The notes beneath the pieces were generated by a model. That model had not been told where the DNA came from. It made no database searches and saw nothing but the letters and a program-made list of their open reading frames with translations. Shown one piece after another: positions 10,176 to 19,941 of a DNA stretch of 64,000 nucleotides (the stretch's first letter is position 1; every line of letters starts with the position of its first letter). This stretch comes from Candidatus Multivoradales bacterium (GTDB lineage Bacteria > Acidobacteriota > Thermoanaerobaculia > Multivoradales > J023). A program made the translations under genes and the position numbers. The DNA is taken from the NCBI GenBank assembly GCA_965248925.1, contig CBDFLE010000006.1:544001-608000 (forward strand), given 5' to 3'.

Positions 10176-12074
10176 CTAATCGGTGATCGCGAGAAGTTCA
10201 TCCAACTTGGCAAATAGGACTTCGGCGGTGAAGGGTTTCTCCAGCACGATGCAGGAGCCAGGGCTGTGCAAGTCGACCAAGTTCTCGGCCAAGCCGCTGA
10301 TCGCCAGCACCCGCACCGCCGGATCGAGTTGACGAAGGGCTCGGATGGCTTCTTTGCCGTCGAGAAAGGGCATCGAGATATCGGTGACCACCGCATCGAT
10401 CAACCGCCGATGCTTGGCGTAGAGAGCCACCGCTTCGGCGCCGTCGCCGGCAGCGATTACCCGGTAGCCCTGCTGTTCGAGAGTCTCGCGGGTGATCTCG
10501 CGCACCACAGGATCATCTTCCGCCAACAATAACTGGCGGCCCTCTCCCCAACATGGGGGACGATTGCTGGCCGGTAGCAAAGTCGCTGGCTGCCGCGCCG
10601 GCAGGAAGACTCGCACCGTAGTACCTTCGCCAGGCTGGCTGGAAACATCTACAAAACCCCCATGGCCATGGACGATCGAACGTACCGTGGTCAATCCCAT
10701 GCCAGTACCGGCCACGGGACCCTTGGTGCTGAAGAAAGGATCGAAAATCTGCTCCAGCTCAGCCTCGCCAATGCCTGTGCCCGTGTCGCTGACCGTGAGC
10801 AGGAGATAGTCACCTTCGCGAGCCTCGCTGCGCATAGCGGCATAGTGTCGGTCGATGCGCACTCCGCTAACGCTCAGCGCGATGCGACCTTTGCCGGTGA
10901 TCGCATCGCGGGCGTTCGCGCAGAGGTTCATCAGCACCTGGAAGAGCTGCGCCGGATCACCTTCGAGGGTTGCCCCGGAGACGGAATAGTCGCTAATGAT
11001 CTCAATCCGCGGCGGATAAGTCTCGCGAATCACCCGCTCGAGGTCGGCGGCGACCGCCCTCAGGTCGAATTCGGTGCGCTCTCCCTCGACTCCGCGGGCA
11101 AACCACATCAGTTGTTTGACCATGCCCATCGCTCGCATCACCGACGCCTCGAGGGTCACCAGGGTCTTGCGCCGCGCCGACTGAATCTCGTCATGCAGCA
11201 AGCCTAGGGAGAGCATGATCGGCGTCAGCACATTGTTGAGGTCGTGAGCGACCCCACCGGCAAGGGTGCCGAGGCTCTCCAAGCGCTGCGTTCGCAGCAC
11301 CCGGGCCTCGAGTTGCTTCTTCTCGGTGATGTCGGAATTGAATCGCAGGATCGAACAAGGCTCGCCCATCCCATCACTCTCCAGAGTCCAACGGCTGGCG
11401 ACCACCAAGTCATCACCGCGGCGACAGGTTTGGCGCAGCTCGCCAGCCCACTCGCCACTTTCGAGGACCCGCACCAGAGCCTTGTGATACGCCTGCGAAT
11501 CGTCGTTGGCGATCAACTCTGAGATCTCCCGCCCAGCGACTTCCTCAGCTTTCCAGCCGTAGAGGTTCTGTGCTCCCCGGTTCCAGTAAACCACCCGATC
11601 ATCGAGAGTGGAGATGATGATCGCATCGCTGACCTGGTCCAGCAGCTCAGCATGCTGCCCTGCGATCCAGCAATCGCCAGGGCGCCGGTGGTCGGCCGCT
11701 GGCAAGAGGACCGAGATCCAAGCGCGGATCGAATTTGGTTTCAGGTCATCGGCGGCCAAGGCCAAATAGCCGCGGGCTCCTGCCGCCACCGCCTGTGCCG
11801 CCGCTCGCCGTTGCTCTTCCTGGCCCGACTCCTCGACTCCCAACACCGCCCAGGGAGTCGTGTCGAGTGCCGGCTGCAACTGATGAGCCACCCCGTCATC
11901 GCAAACCGCGGCGGTGAGGACCAGATCAAAGCGGTGCTCAGCCAGCAGTGCACGAGCCTCGCCTAGCCCTGCTGCCAGTCGGGCGTGGCAGCTCAGGCGT
12001 AGGATTTCGATCACCGCTGCGGCGAACATCGGGTCTGAGAAAACCAGCAGAATCCCGTGGTTGGACCTTGGCAT
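10176..12074 (-). CDS. Cytoplasmic hybrid histidine kinase (degenerate REC, PAS, HisKA, HATPase, REC)
   Basis: YWNRGAQNLYGW (PAS), LAGGVAHDLNNVL, FDPFFSTK..GTGMGL, C-terminal receiver. Confidence 0.92.
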   Translation of the reverse strand: MPRSNHGILLVFSDPMFAAAVIEILRLSCHARLAAGLGEARALLAEHRFDLVLTAAVCDDGVAHQLQPALDTTPWAVLGVEESGQEEQRRAAAQAVAAGARGYLALAADDLKPNSIRAWISVLLPAADHRRPGDCWIAGQHAELLDQVSDAIIISTLDDRVVYWNRGAQNLYGWKAEEVAGREISELIANDDSQAYHKALVRVLESGEWAGELRQTCRRGDDLVVASRWTLESDGMGEPCSILRFNSDITEKKQLEARVLRTQRLESLGTLAGGVAHDLNNVLTPIMLSLGLLHDEIQSARRKTLVTLEASVMRAMGMVKQLMWFARGVEGERTEFDLRAVAADLERVIRETYPPRIEIISDYSVSGATLEGDPAQLFQVLMNLCANARDAITGKGRIALSVSGVRIDRHYAAMRSEAREGDYLLLTVSDTGTGIGEAELEQIFDPFFSTKGPVAGTGMGLTTVRSIVHGHGGFVDVSSQPGEGTTVRVFLPARQPATLLPASNRPPCWGEGRQLLLAEDDPVVREITRETLEQQGYRVIAAGDGAEAVALYAKHRRLIDAVVTDISMPFLDGKEAIRALRQLDPAVRVLAISGLAENLVDLHSPGSCIVLEKPFTAEVLFAKLDELLAITD

Positions 12075-12166
12075 CCGGCAGCCTCCTCAGGAGAATACCC
12101 CTGCGCGGGCGGTGGCCGGCACGGGAATCAAATCGGACAAGATCGAATCATCAGCTATTGGAACCC

Positions 12167-12202
12167 GCAGAGCTTACAGCAGAGCCTACAGCAGAGCCTA
12201 CA
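12167..12202. repeat. Three tandem 12-bp intergenic repeats
   Basis: GCAGAGC(T/C)TACA x3 between divergent genes. Confidence 0.85.
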
Positions 12203-12258
12203 AGAGACCGAGCTGACACCCACCTGAAGACCCACTGTGCTAGCTTGACCGCTGGCCG

Positions 12259-12837
12259 TTGCAGAAAGACCCCGTCAGACAGGCCCGGTCAAAACCTGTG
12301 CAAGAACCCACCCCAGCTACCCATCAGTTGCGAGTCATCCACACTTGGGACGGTCAGCGAGCAGCGCCCGGCGAGATCGCTGAACTGACTCTGCGCTTCA
12401 CCCCGCGCCATTTGCAGATCATCGTCGAAGCGGGCTATCACCGCGATCCGCCACCACCGGGGGCACCGGGATCCTGCGATGGGCTGTGGCGCCACGAGGT
12501 AGTCGAGTTGATCGTCGCCGCCGCCGCGACGATCAACACTCGAGCCGACTACACCGAGTTCGAACTCTCTCCGCATGGCCATTGGCTGGGCCTGCGTTTC
12601 GCCGGTTGGCGCCAGCGGGTCGGCGATCCCCTGGCGCTGCACTACCGGGCGCAGATCGTTGGCCGGCGCTGGCACGGCCGAGCAGAACTCGAACGCCACC
12701 TACTGCCGCCACCACCCTACTTGGCCGGCGCTTTCGCGATCCACGGCGAGGGTGCCGGGCGCCGCTTTCTAACCGCGTTTCCCAGCCCCGGAGAAGCGCC
12801 TGACTTTCATCGAGCAGAGAGTCTGATCCCCTTGTAG
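12259..12837 (+). CDS. Hypothetical protein, DOMON-like/UPF0462 (C4orf33-like)
   Basis: LWRHEVVEL, YTEFELSPHGHWL, PDFHR motifs. Confidence 0.65.
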   Translation: MQKDPVRQARSKPVQEPTPATHQLRVIHTWDGQRAAPGEIAELTLRFTPRHLQIIVEAGYHRDPPPPGAPGSCDGLWRHEVVELIVAAAATINTRADYTEFELSPHGHWLGLRFAGWRQRVGDPLALHYRAQIVGRRWHGRAELERHLLPPPPYLAGAFAIHGEGAGRRFLTAFPSPGEAPDFHRAESLIPL

Positions 12838-12882
12838 ACACCACCGAGACCCACCTCAATAGCCTCTTCCTGGGCACCCCCC

Positions 12883-13338
12883 TCAGGGGCTGGCCAGGCG
12901 ACCGCTGCCGTTGAGCGACCGCAGATGCTCTTGATAGTCGACCAACTCGCGACTGGCCTCACCAGTGGCAGAGGTACTGGCAAGAAGGTCGAGCAAACCG
13001 CTACGAAAACTCGAATCATGCTCGGCGTGGGCCGCCAGGGCACGACCCACGCGCCCGGCCGCATCGTCCTCTTGCTCTGCCAGGAGGCGCTCGATCGAGT
13101 GCTCCAAGCCCGCCAGACCAGTGCCCATTGCCGCCAGGAAAACCACCAAGGTGGACCACCCCGGCTGAGCGTCGCCACGTTCATACTTGGACAGCATCGA
13201 GCGAGTGATCTTGCGGCCAGTGCGCTTCTCGATACCTTCCTCTGCTGCCGACAAGGTGCTAAATCCGGCTCGCAACCGGATATCGCGAAATACCTGAGGC
13301 AAACTCTGAATCACCAAATCAACCTCACCGTCCATCAT
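12883..13338 (-). CDS. XRE-family HTH transcriptional regulator
   Basis: FRDIRLRAG...ITRSMLSKYERGDAQP; GGAGG before ATG 13338. Confidence 0.75.
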   Translation of the reverse strand: MMDGEVDLVIQSLPQVFRDIRLRAGFSTLSAAEEGIEKRTGRKITRSMLSKYERGDAQPGWSTLVVFLAAMGTGLAGLEHSIERLLAEQEDDAAGRVGRALAAHAEHDSSFRSGLLDLLASTSATGEASRELVDYQEHLRSLNGSGRLASP

Positions 13339-13701
13339 CTTCTGTCCTCCACTCGAGACTGGCAAATACGAGGCTCAGCCGACGAGCGTCCGATAATTTT
13401 GCTCGCGCGGGCTAACTACTGCGCACACGCGACATCGCGGCTCCGCTGGCCGTGCTAGCGACCTGGAGCCGACGAGTTGGTTTGTTCCCCGCTAGGAACA
13501 GCGACAAATTCGAAAACAGTAAATCTGCTGACTATTATGCCCCAGGAGTCGGCTGGCGAAAAGGGGCATAGTGATAGTCTTCCCACAATTGATCTCAGCC
13601 ACAGATTAGCGCGGCATCGTGCCACTACCTAGGTCCGTTGACCGGCAATCAGATTTGGTGGGCGGGGAGCGTGGGCGTCCTATTGCAAAGGAGCTAGACA
13701 G

Positions 13702-14133
13702 ATGTTGAATGAATTCAAGAAGTTCGCCGTCAAGGGCAGTGTCTTCGACATGGCCATCGGCATCATTATTGGCGGTGTCTTCACCCCAATCGTCAAGTCG
13801 TTGGTCAACGACATTGTGATGCCGCCGATCGGCCTGATCTGGAACGCCGACTTCACCAATATGTTCAAGGTGCTGAGCGAGGGAGCTGTCGCCGGCCCCT
13901 ACGACACCTTGGCGGCGGCCCAGGAGGTGGGCGCGGTGACAATGAACTACGGCCTGTTCATCAACTCGATCATCACCTTCATTCTGGTCGCGTTCGCCGT
14001 CTTCATGTTGGTCCGAGTAATCAACAAGTGGAAGGATAGGGAAGAAGAAGCACCGGCAGCGGCGCCTAAGCCGAGCGACGAAGTGGTGCTCTTGACCGAG
14101 ATCCGCGATGCCTTGAGCAACCGCGGCTCCTGA
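13702..14133 (+). CDS. mscL: Large-conductance mechanosensitive channel
   Basis: MLNEFKKFAVKGSVFDMAIGIIIG; LLTEIRDAL; AAGGAG RBS. Confidence 0.97.
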   Translation: MLNEFKKFAVKGSVFDMAIGIIIGGVFTPIVKSLVNDIVMPPIGLIWNADFTNMFKVLSEGAVAGPYDTLAAAQEVGAVTMNYGLFINSIITFILVAFAVFMLVRVINKWKDREEEAPAAAPKPSDEVVLLTEIRDALSNRGS

Positions 14134-14146
14134 GCCCCGCGGGTCG

Positions 14147-14171
14147 AGGAGGCCGCAACCGGCGGCCTCCT
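14147..14171. terminator. Hairpin between convergent genes
   Basis: AGGAGGCCGC-AACCG-GCGGCCTCCT, 10-bp stem, weak U tract. Confidence 0.6.
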
Positions 14172-14186
14172 GCTACTTCCTTGCCT

Positions 14187-14852
14187 TCACTGGCTTTCCC
14201 GTCCCGCCTTCGGCCGCAGTTTGCCTTCGTAGGTAAAGACGAACTCCTGCAAGCCGTTGCGCAGTTGGAACGAGCGTAACGGCCGGAAGTCGGCCATCAG
14301 CAACTCGACGTCGCGGGTCCGTAGATTGGGCGGATCGACCTTCGAGTCGTCGTGCAAGGTGTAGAGCAGGCGGTCTGCGCGATCGATCTTGAACTGGATC
14401 GGAGTAGCGGGAATGGGGGCGATCGCCGAAGCCATCACCATCACCAATGCCCCTGGGGCGCACAACCCGGCCAGTTGCGCCATCAACTCGGCACATTGGG
14501 GGCGTTCGAAATAATGCAGCAGATCCCAGACCAGCAACACATCGAACGGACCATCGTCCGACCCAGGAATCGGCAGCTGATCAAGATCCTCGAAACGGTA
14601 GGCCGAGGTGCGTGAGCCGGGCTGCGCGCCGGAACTTCTAAAGAGGTCCTGGATCAGCACTTTGCCACCATAGGCAGAAAGGAACTCGACATTCTCAGTC
14701 GAAGAAGGCCCCAGATCGAGAATCGCCCGTGGCGGCCGTTTGTCGAGTTCGCCGACCAAGGTGGCCAAACCGGGCGAGTTATGCGGCCCGGAACTGATCG
14801 GGGCCGGCCCCAGAGTTTCGCGACGGCGGCGGTGGCGCGAAAACCAACTCAC
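14187..14852 (-). CDS. Class I SAM-dependent methyltransferase-like protein
   Basis: AILDLGPS, FDVLLVWDLLHY, LCAPGALV. Confidence 0.7.
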   Translation of the reverse strand: MSWFSRHRRRRETLGPAPISSGPHNSPGLATLVGELDKRPPRAILDLGPSSTENVEFLSAYGGKVLIQDLFRSSGAQPGSRTSAYRFEDLDQLPIPGSDDGPFDVLLVWDLLHYFERPQCAELMAQLAGLCAPGALVMVMASAIAPIPATPIQFKIDRADRLLYTLHDDSKVDPPNLRTRDVELLMADFRPLRSFQLRNGLQEFVFTYEGKLRPKAGRESQ

Positions 14853-14903
14853 CGCAGCGACCCTTCGCCCAGTTGCTGCTCAATCGTTTCGTTGCTCAAC
14901 TCG

Positions 14904-15692
14904 TCAGCTCCTCAGGTAAGACGCCCCGTTGACGTCGATAATCGCGCCGGAAGCAAATTCCGCCCGCTCGTCGGCCAAGCAACCCACCCAATAGGCAACA
15001 TCTTCGACTCGGGCGACGCGGCCGAACGGGCTTTGCTGGCGAATCGCCGCCGCCTGATCGCCGCTCAGCTGTTCGCGCACCATGGCGGTTTCGACAAACC
15101 CCGGGGCGATCGCGAAAACCGCCACCCGATGGGGGGCCAAAGCCACCGCCAACGATTGACTGAGGGAATTGAGCCCCGCCTTGCTAGCGCCATAGGCCGG
15201 ACTTTCAGGCTCGCCGCGAAAAGCCCCGCGCGAGCTGATGTTGATAATCCGCCCGCCACCCTGGGCCACCATTTCCTGAGCGGCCAGGTGGCATAGATGG
15301 GCGGGTGCCAGAAGGTTCAACCCCAGAGTGCGCTGCCAATACTGCCGCCAATCGTCGAAATCAACGGCGATGGGTGGGTGCCGTTCAAAGATGCCAGCAT
15401 TGTTCACCAGAATATCGAGTCGGCCGGCGCGGGCGGTCACCCGGCCGACCAACGCGGCTACCTGGTCACCATCTAACAAGTCAGCGTCGACCTCGAAATG
15501 AGGCCCGCCTGGAAGGCTGGCCCGCAACTCGCGAACCGCCTGCGGACGACTGCGGTAGTGCAAAGCGAGTTGCGCCCCGCGAGCAGCCAGAGTGCGGCAA
15601 ACCGCCGCGCCAATTCCACCCGAAGCGCCGGTCACCAAGGCTACCTTGCCAGCCAGGGGAGTGTCGCTCGTCACCTCGTCGGACTTTGCCAA
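14904..15692 (-). CDS. SDR family oxidoreductase
   Basis: TGASGGIG, NNAG, YGASK. Start uncertain (TTG 15692 or GTG 15674). Confidence 0.92.
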   Translation of the reverse strand: MAKSDEVTSDTPLAGKVALVTGASGGIGAAVCRTLAARGAQLALHYRSRPQAVRELRASLPGGPHFEVDADLLDGDQVAALVGRVTARAGRLDILVNNAGIFERHPPIAVDFDDWRQYWQRTLGLNLLAPAHLCHLAAQEMVAQGGGRIINISSRGAFRGEPESPAYGASKAGLNSLSQSLAVALAPHRVAVFAIAPGFVETAMVREQLSGDQAAAIRQQSPFGRVARVEDVAYWVGCLADERAEFASGAIIDVNGASYLRS

Positions 15693-15844
15693 GATCGAGC
15701 CCAACCTCCATTGCCGTCGGGGCGCGGGCAGCCATCGCCCGGTTCGCGGCAGATTCACCAGCCTACCACCGAAAGCTCCCCCACAGCGCCATCGACCGCG
15801 ATAGAGTGCGCCGCCCCCACAGCAATCCTGGGGAGGAGGTCGAG

Positions 15845-17035
15845 ATGTCTGAAAAGAAGCTGGCGATCCACACTCTGCGGCTCAAACAAGGCCGAGACAA
15901 AGCCATCCGCCAGGGCAATCCCTGGCTGTTCTCGGGTGCCGTTGAGAGTTCTTCTGGCCCCGCCGACGCCCCCTTGGCGCGAGTCTTGGCGACCGATGGC
16001 AGCTCCCTCGGCCTGGGTTTCCACAGCCCGAACTCACGGATCCGGGCTCGGCTAGTCGGCGGCAACGTCGATCAAATCGACCGCGGTTTCTTCCGTGCTC
16101 GTCTGCGTAAGGCGATGGATTTGCGCCAGGCAATGTTGCCGCCGGACACCGATGGCTATCGCCTGGTCAACGCCGAAGGCGACGGTCTGCCCGGCTGGAC
16201 CGTGGATCGCTATGGCGATCTGCTGGTCAGCCAAATCACCTCAGCGGGTCTCGAGGCAATGCGCCACGACGCTTACGAGATGCTCGGCGAGCTGCTGCCC
16301 GAGGCTGCCATCGTCCAGAGCAACCGGGTCAAGGCGCGGCGCCAGGAAGGTCTCAGCCAAGCAGACGAGACAGTCCGCGGTACCCCCCCCGACGAAGCCG
16401 AGTTACGCGAATCCGGCCTCCGCTTCCTCGCCGAGCTGGGTCAGGGTCAAAAGACCGGCTTCTACTGCGACCAACGCTCGAACCGCCGGTTGGCCGAGAG
16501 CCTCGCAGGTGGCCGCCGGGTGCTCGACCTATTTTGCCACAGCGGCGCTTTCGGCGCCTACGCTCTGCGGGGTGGCGCCAAGAGCCTGGTCGGGGTCGAG
16601 TCCGCGCCGCGCTTGCTTGAACGAGCACAGCACCATATCGAGTTGAACCAACTCCCCGCGGACCGTGCCGAGTGGCGTAAAGCCAACGTCTTCGAACACT
16701 TGCGCACTACGCAAGAAACATGGGATTTAGCGATCTGCGACCCACCGCCGCTGGTCCTGCGCCGCGATCAGCTCGACGGTGGCGCCCGCGCCTACAAAGA
16801 CGTCAATCGCCTGACCCTCGGTCGCCTGGCACCCGGTGGTTACATGCTCACTTTTAGCTGTAGCGCCGCGGTAGATGCCCGACTCTTCCGCCAAATCCTC
16901 TTTTCCGCCGCCCGCGAAGCCAGCGTCCGCCTACAACTGCTGCGCCCCTTGGCCGCCGGCGAAGATCACCCGGTAGCCCTCAACCACCCCCAAGGCGAGT
17001 ACCTCAAGGGTTGGCTGGTACGAGTGATGGGCTGA
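15845..17035 (+). CDS. rlmI: RlmI/RlmK-family 23S rRNA methyltransferase
   Basis: GNPWLFSGAV (PUA), AEGDGLPG, GQKTGFYCDQR, CDPP, TFSCS, YLKG; GAGGAGG RBS. Confidence 0.88.
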   Translation: MSEKKLAIHTLRLKQGRDKAIRQGNPWLFSGAVESSSGPADAPLARVLATDGSSLGLGFHSPNSRIRARLVGGNVDQIDRGFFRARLRKAMDLRQAMLPPDTDGYRLVNAEGDGLPGWTVDRYGDLLVSQITSAGLEAMRHDAYEMLGELLPEAAIVQSNRVKARRQEGLSQADETVRGTPPDEAELRESGLRFLAELGQGQKTGFYCDQRSNRRLAESLAGGRRVLDLFCHSGAFGAYALRGGAKSLVGVESAPRLLERAQHHIELNQLPADRAEWRKANVFEHLRTTQETWDLAICDPPPLVLRRDQLDGGARAYKDVNRLTLGRLAPGGYMLTFSCSAAVDARLFRQILFSAAREASVRLQLLRPLAAGEDHPVALNHPQGEYLKGWLVRVMG

Positions 17036-17050
17036 ACTCGCTACTTCCCT

Positions 17051-17848
17051 CTAGCCGTGCCGAGGCTCGAGCACCTGATCGTTCAGCTCGACGCTGATCG
17101 GGCAATGGTCCGAGCCCATCACTTCGGGATGAATGGCAGAGCTGGTGAGCTGCTCCAGGGCCGCGGGTGAGGCCAACATGTAGTCGATCCGCCAACCGAC
17201 ATTGCGCTCGCGCACGCCGCGGCGCTGGCTCCACCAGGTGTAGTGCCCGGCATCCTGGTGAAAATGGCGGAAGCAGTCGGTCCAGCCGTTTTCTAACCAG
17301 CGCCGCAGCTCGTCCCGCTCCTCGGGGCGAAAGCCACTAGTCTGGCGGTTCTGCTGCGGTCGGGCCAGGTCGATCTCTTCTACCGCGGTATTGAAATCTC
17401 CCAGCACCAGAATCGCCTCACCCGCTTGCCGGGCCGGCTCCAGACGAGCGAAAAGGGCCTGGTAGTAACGCAGCTTGTAGGGAATCCGGCTGAGATCTCG
17501 ATTCTTGCCGTTGCCATTGGGGAAATAGCTGTTGGCTACGGTCAGAGCACCGAAACGTGCGACCTGCAAGCGACCCTCGCGGTCGAATTCCTCAGCCCCG
17601 AGCGTGGTCTCGTGGTGCCCGGGAGGCTGCCGCGAGAACATGCCTACACCACTGTAGCCGGCCCGCTCACCCGCGACCACTTCAAGATGCCAACCCGCCG
17701 CCTCTAGCAACTCTGGAGGCAGCTGCTCGCGCCGCGCGCGAACCTCTTGCATGGCCACTACGTCGGCACCGCAAGCGGCCAACCAAGAACCAAACCCCTT
17801 GCGCGCGCAAGCCCGCAATCCATTGACATTCCATGAGACAATTCGCAT
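17051..17848 (-). CDS. xth: Exodeoxyribonuclease III
   Basis: SWNVNGLRA, GDFN, GWRIDY, SDHCP. Confidence 0.95.
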   Translation of the reverse strand: MRIVSWNVNGLRACARKGFGSWLAACGADVVAMQEVRARREQLPPELLEAAGWHLEVVAGERAGYSGVGMFSRQPPGHHETTLGAEEFDREGRLQVARFGALTVANSYFPNGNGKNRDLSRIPYKLRYYQALFARLEPARQAGEAILVLGDFNTAVEEIDLARPQQNRQTSGFRPEERDELRRWLENGWTDCFRHFHQDAGHYTWWSQRRGVRERNVGWRIDYMLASPAALEQLTSSAIHPEVMGSDHCPISVELNDQVLEPRHG

Positions 17849-17914
17849 CGGTTCGCTCCTCGCGGCAGAGTCTACCGCAGCCTCGACATGCCGCCGGTAG
17901 ACGATCGTCCGGGC

Positions 17915-17923
17915 TGCTATGAT
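17915..17923 (+). promoter_or_regulatory. Extended -10 promoter element
   Basis: TGCTATGAT upstream of the CDS at 18031; the same 9-mer precedes genes at 30360 and 53854. Confidence 0.5.
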
Positions 17924-18030
17924 CAGCTCCTTCGACCGAGGCCGTGTCTGGAAGAGCGCCCGCAGCTTGGCGCCGCCCGGACTTTTTCAATCGCTCAGCC
18001 AAGGAGAGTCGCAGCTACTCGCCGGCACCG

Positions 18031-19005
18031 ATGGACCGTAGATCATTTCTCCAAGCTGTCCCTATCGGCGCGGCAGCCTTCGCCGCCGGCTATCTCGGCA
18101 TGCGCCAGTACGTCGGCCACCACCTGCTGTGCCCAGAATGCGGCCCAGCCCCCGCCGCAGCCGACTTCACCAGCGACACCGCCACCAGCGACACTGCCAC
18201 CGGCGACACTGCCACCGGCGACACCGCCATCATCGATCCGGTGAGCGACGAGGGAGCCTTGCCGCCCCAAGGTCCTCTGCTCGAGACCGCAGTTGGTCCT
18301 TACGCCAAAATTCGCGAATTCGACCGTTCTTGGATCGACGATGTGTTCATCGAGCGCCAGCGCATACCGCTGCTGCACACCCTCTCTGCTCGGCTCGCCC
18401 GGGCACAGAACTTTGTCGGCCACGGCCACTTCAACCTGCTGGGATTTGACGAACTGCTGCAATACGGTCGCAATTTCGCCAAGGTTGGCCGCTTTCAGAC
18501 CGCCGAACAAGAGCTGCTCGACGAGGTCTTCCACACCGATGCCGCCCGCTACGGCTTTTTCGGCGACAAGGTGTTGGACAAGCTCGGCGCGAGGATCAGC
18601 AAACGTGACACGCAGAAGGTGCCGGGTAGCGGCCACAGCCTGTTGCGTGGCTCCTCCCTAGACAAATATCAGCGCATCCGCCGCGACGTCGGTGGCAGCT
18701 TGCAGCTGACGTCGGGAATCCGCGGCTTGGCCAAGCAATTCCAGCTCTTCCTGGCCAAAGTAGTGGAAACCGAGGGCAATCTCTCACAAGCTTCCCGCTC
18801 TTTGGCTCCACCAGGCTACTCGTACCACGCCGTGGGTGACTTCGACGTCGGCAAACAAGGATTCGGACTCGACAACTTCACTGAGTCCTTCGCCAACACT
18901 GACGAGTACAAGCGGCTCATCGAATTGGGCTACGTCGCGATTCGCTACACCGAAACCAACCCCTTCGGTGTCCGCCACGAACCCTGGCACATCAAGATCA
19001 GCTAA
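18031..19005 (+). CDS. Tat-exported M15 (VanY-like) D-Ala-D-Ala carboxypeptidase family protein
   Basis: MDRRSFL twin-arginine signal; TSGIR, APPGYSYH..GDFD, EPWH. Confidence 0.85.
   Translation: MDRRSFLQAVPIGAAAFAAGYLGMRQYVGHHLLCPECGPAPAAADFTSDTATSDTATGDTATGDTAIIDPVSDEGALPPQGPLLETAVGPYAKIREFDRSWIDDVFIERQRIPLLHTLSARLARAQNFVGHGHFNLLGFDELLQYGRNFAKVGRFQTAEQELLDEVFHTDAARYGFFGDKVLDKLGARISKRDTQKVPGSGHSLLRGSSLDKYQRIRRDVGGSLQLTSGIRGLAKQFQLFLAKVVETEGNLSQASRSLAPPGYSYHAVGDFDVGKQGFGLDNFTESFANTDEYKRLIELGYVAIRYTETNPFGVRHEPWHIKIS
18175..18234 (+). repeat. Four tandem 15-bp repeats (DTATG-like linker)
   Basis: GACAC(C/T)GCCACC(A/G)GC units; the last is degenerate. Confidence 0.85.
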
Positions 19006-19039
19006 GCCGGTACCTGCCGCGAGTGGAGCAACCGTTGCC

Positions 19040-19897
19040 ATGATCACCCGCAAAGAGCCCGCCAATCCGGGTCTGTTGGACTGGGGCCGACGCCGGATGA
19101 GGCACCGGATGAGGCGGCTGTGGAGCCGGCTTGGCGGCCATCCCTCGGGATTGGATATTGCCGGCATCGTCGGCCGGGTGCATCCGGGCGACACCATGTG
19201 CGATCACCAGACCGCCGCCGGGGTCGAGAACTACAGCCGCGCCGGCCAATCCGCCCTGGACAACATGACAGCTGGCCTGCAGACCGCCGGCCGCAATTTT
19301 GCCTGCCTGCGCTCTTGCCTCGACATGGGTTGTGGCTACGGCCGGGTGCTGCGGCTGCTGTGTCAGCAAATAGCGCCCGCGAAGATCACAGCCTGTGACC
19401 TGGACGCCGAAGCCGTGCAGTTTTGCGCCAGCGAGTTCGGCGTCCAACCGCTGCTGTCAAGCCCGCGGTTGGAAGCCCTCGTGCTAGGCAGCTACGATCT
19501 GATCTGGGTTGGTTCTTTACTCACCCACTTGGTCCCCGAAGACTGCGACCTCCTGCTCGCCAAGCTGGGCCAGGCGCTACTTCCCGGGGGTCTGCTGGTG
19601 CTATCGTTCCACGGCCGCGCCAGTCGGGAACACCTCGACCAACTCTATGGCGGCGCCTACGCCGAGCAGGCCGAGGCGATCAGAACCGAGGTCGAAAGTC
19701 GCGGCATTGCCTATCGGCCTTATCCGGACACCTACCTATCCTACGCCGCCGACCGCTACGGCATGACCTGGCACAGTGCGAAGTTTGTGGAATCTCGACT
19801 GAGCGAACTCGGCGAGGGAAAAATCCAGCAAATCGCCCTCTTTCCGCAAGGGTGGGACAACCACCACGATGTGGTCGTCCTGATCCGGCGGTCCTGA
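19040..19897 (+). CDS. Class I SAM-dependent methyltransferase
   Basis: CLDMGCGYGRVLR, ACDLD, YDLIWVGSLLTHL. Confidence 0.88.
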   Translation: MITRKEPANPGLLDWGRRRMRHRMRRLWSRLGGHPSGLDIAGIVGRVHPGDTMCDHQTAAGVENYSRAGQSALDNMTAGLQTAGRNFACLRSCLDMGCGYGRVLRLLCQQIAPAKITACDLDAEAVQFCASEFGVQPLLSSPRLEALVLGSYDLIWVGSLLTHLVPEDCDLLLAKLGQALLPGGLLVLSFHGRASREHLDQLYGGAYAEQAEAIRTEVESRGIAYRPYPDTYLSYAADRYGMTWHSAKFVESRLSELGEGKIQQIALFPQGWDNHHDVVVLIRRS

Positions 19898-19941
19898 AGG
19901 CCGGGGCGAAGGGGGCCGCGGCAGCCTCCCCCGAACTTCTA

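Noticed and set aside
15305-15844. N-terminal extensions in the ORF track (rlmI-like gene, also aroC, panC, tetR, dehydrogenase, methyltransferase 18836)
   Set aside because: They overlap neighbouring genes or promoters; downstream starts fit RBS position and family N-termini better.
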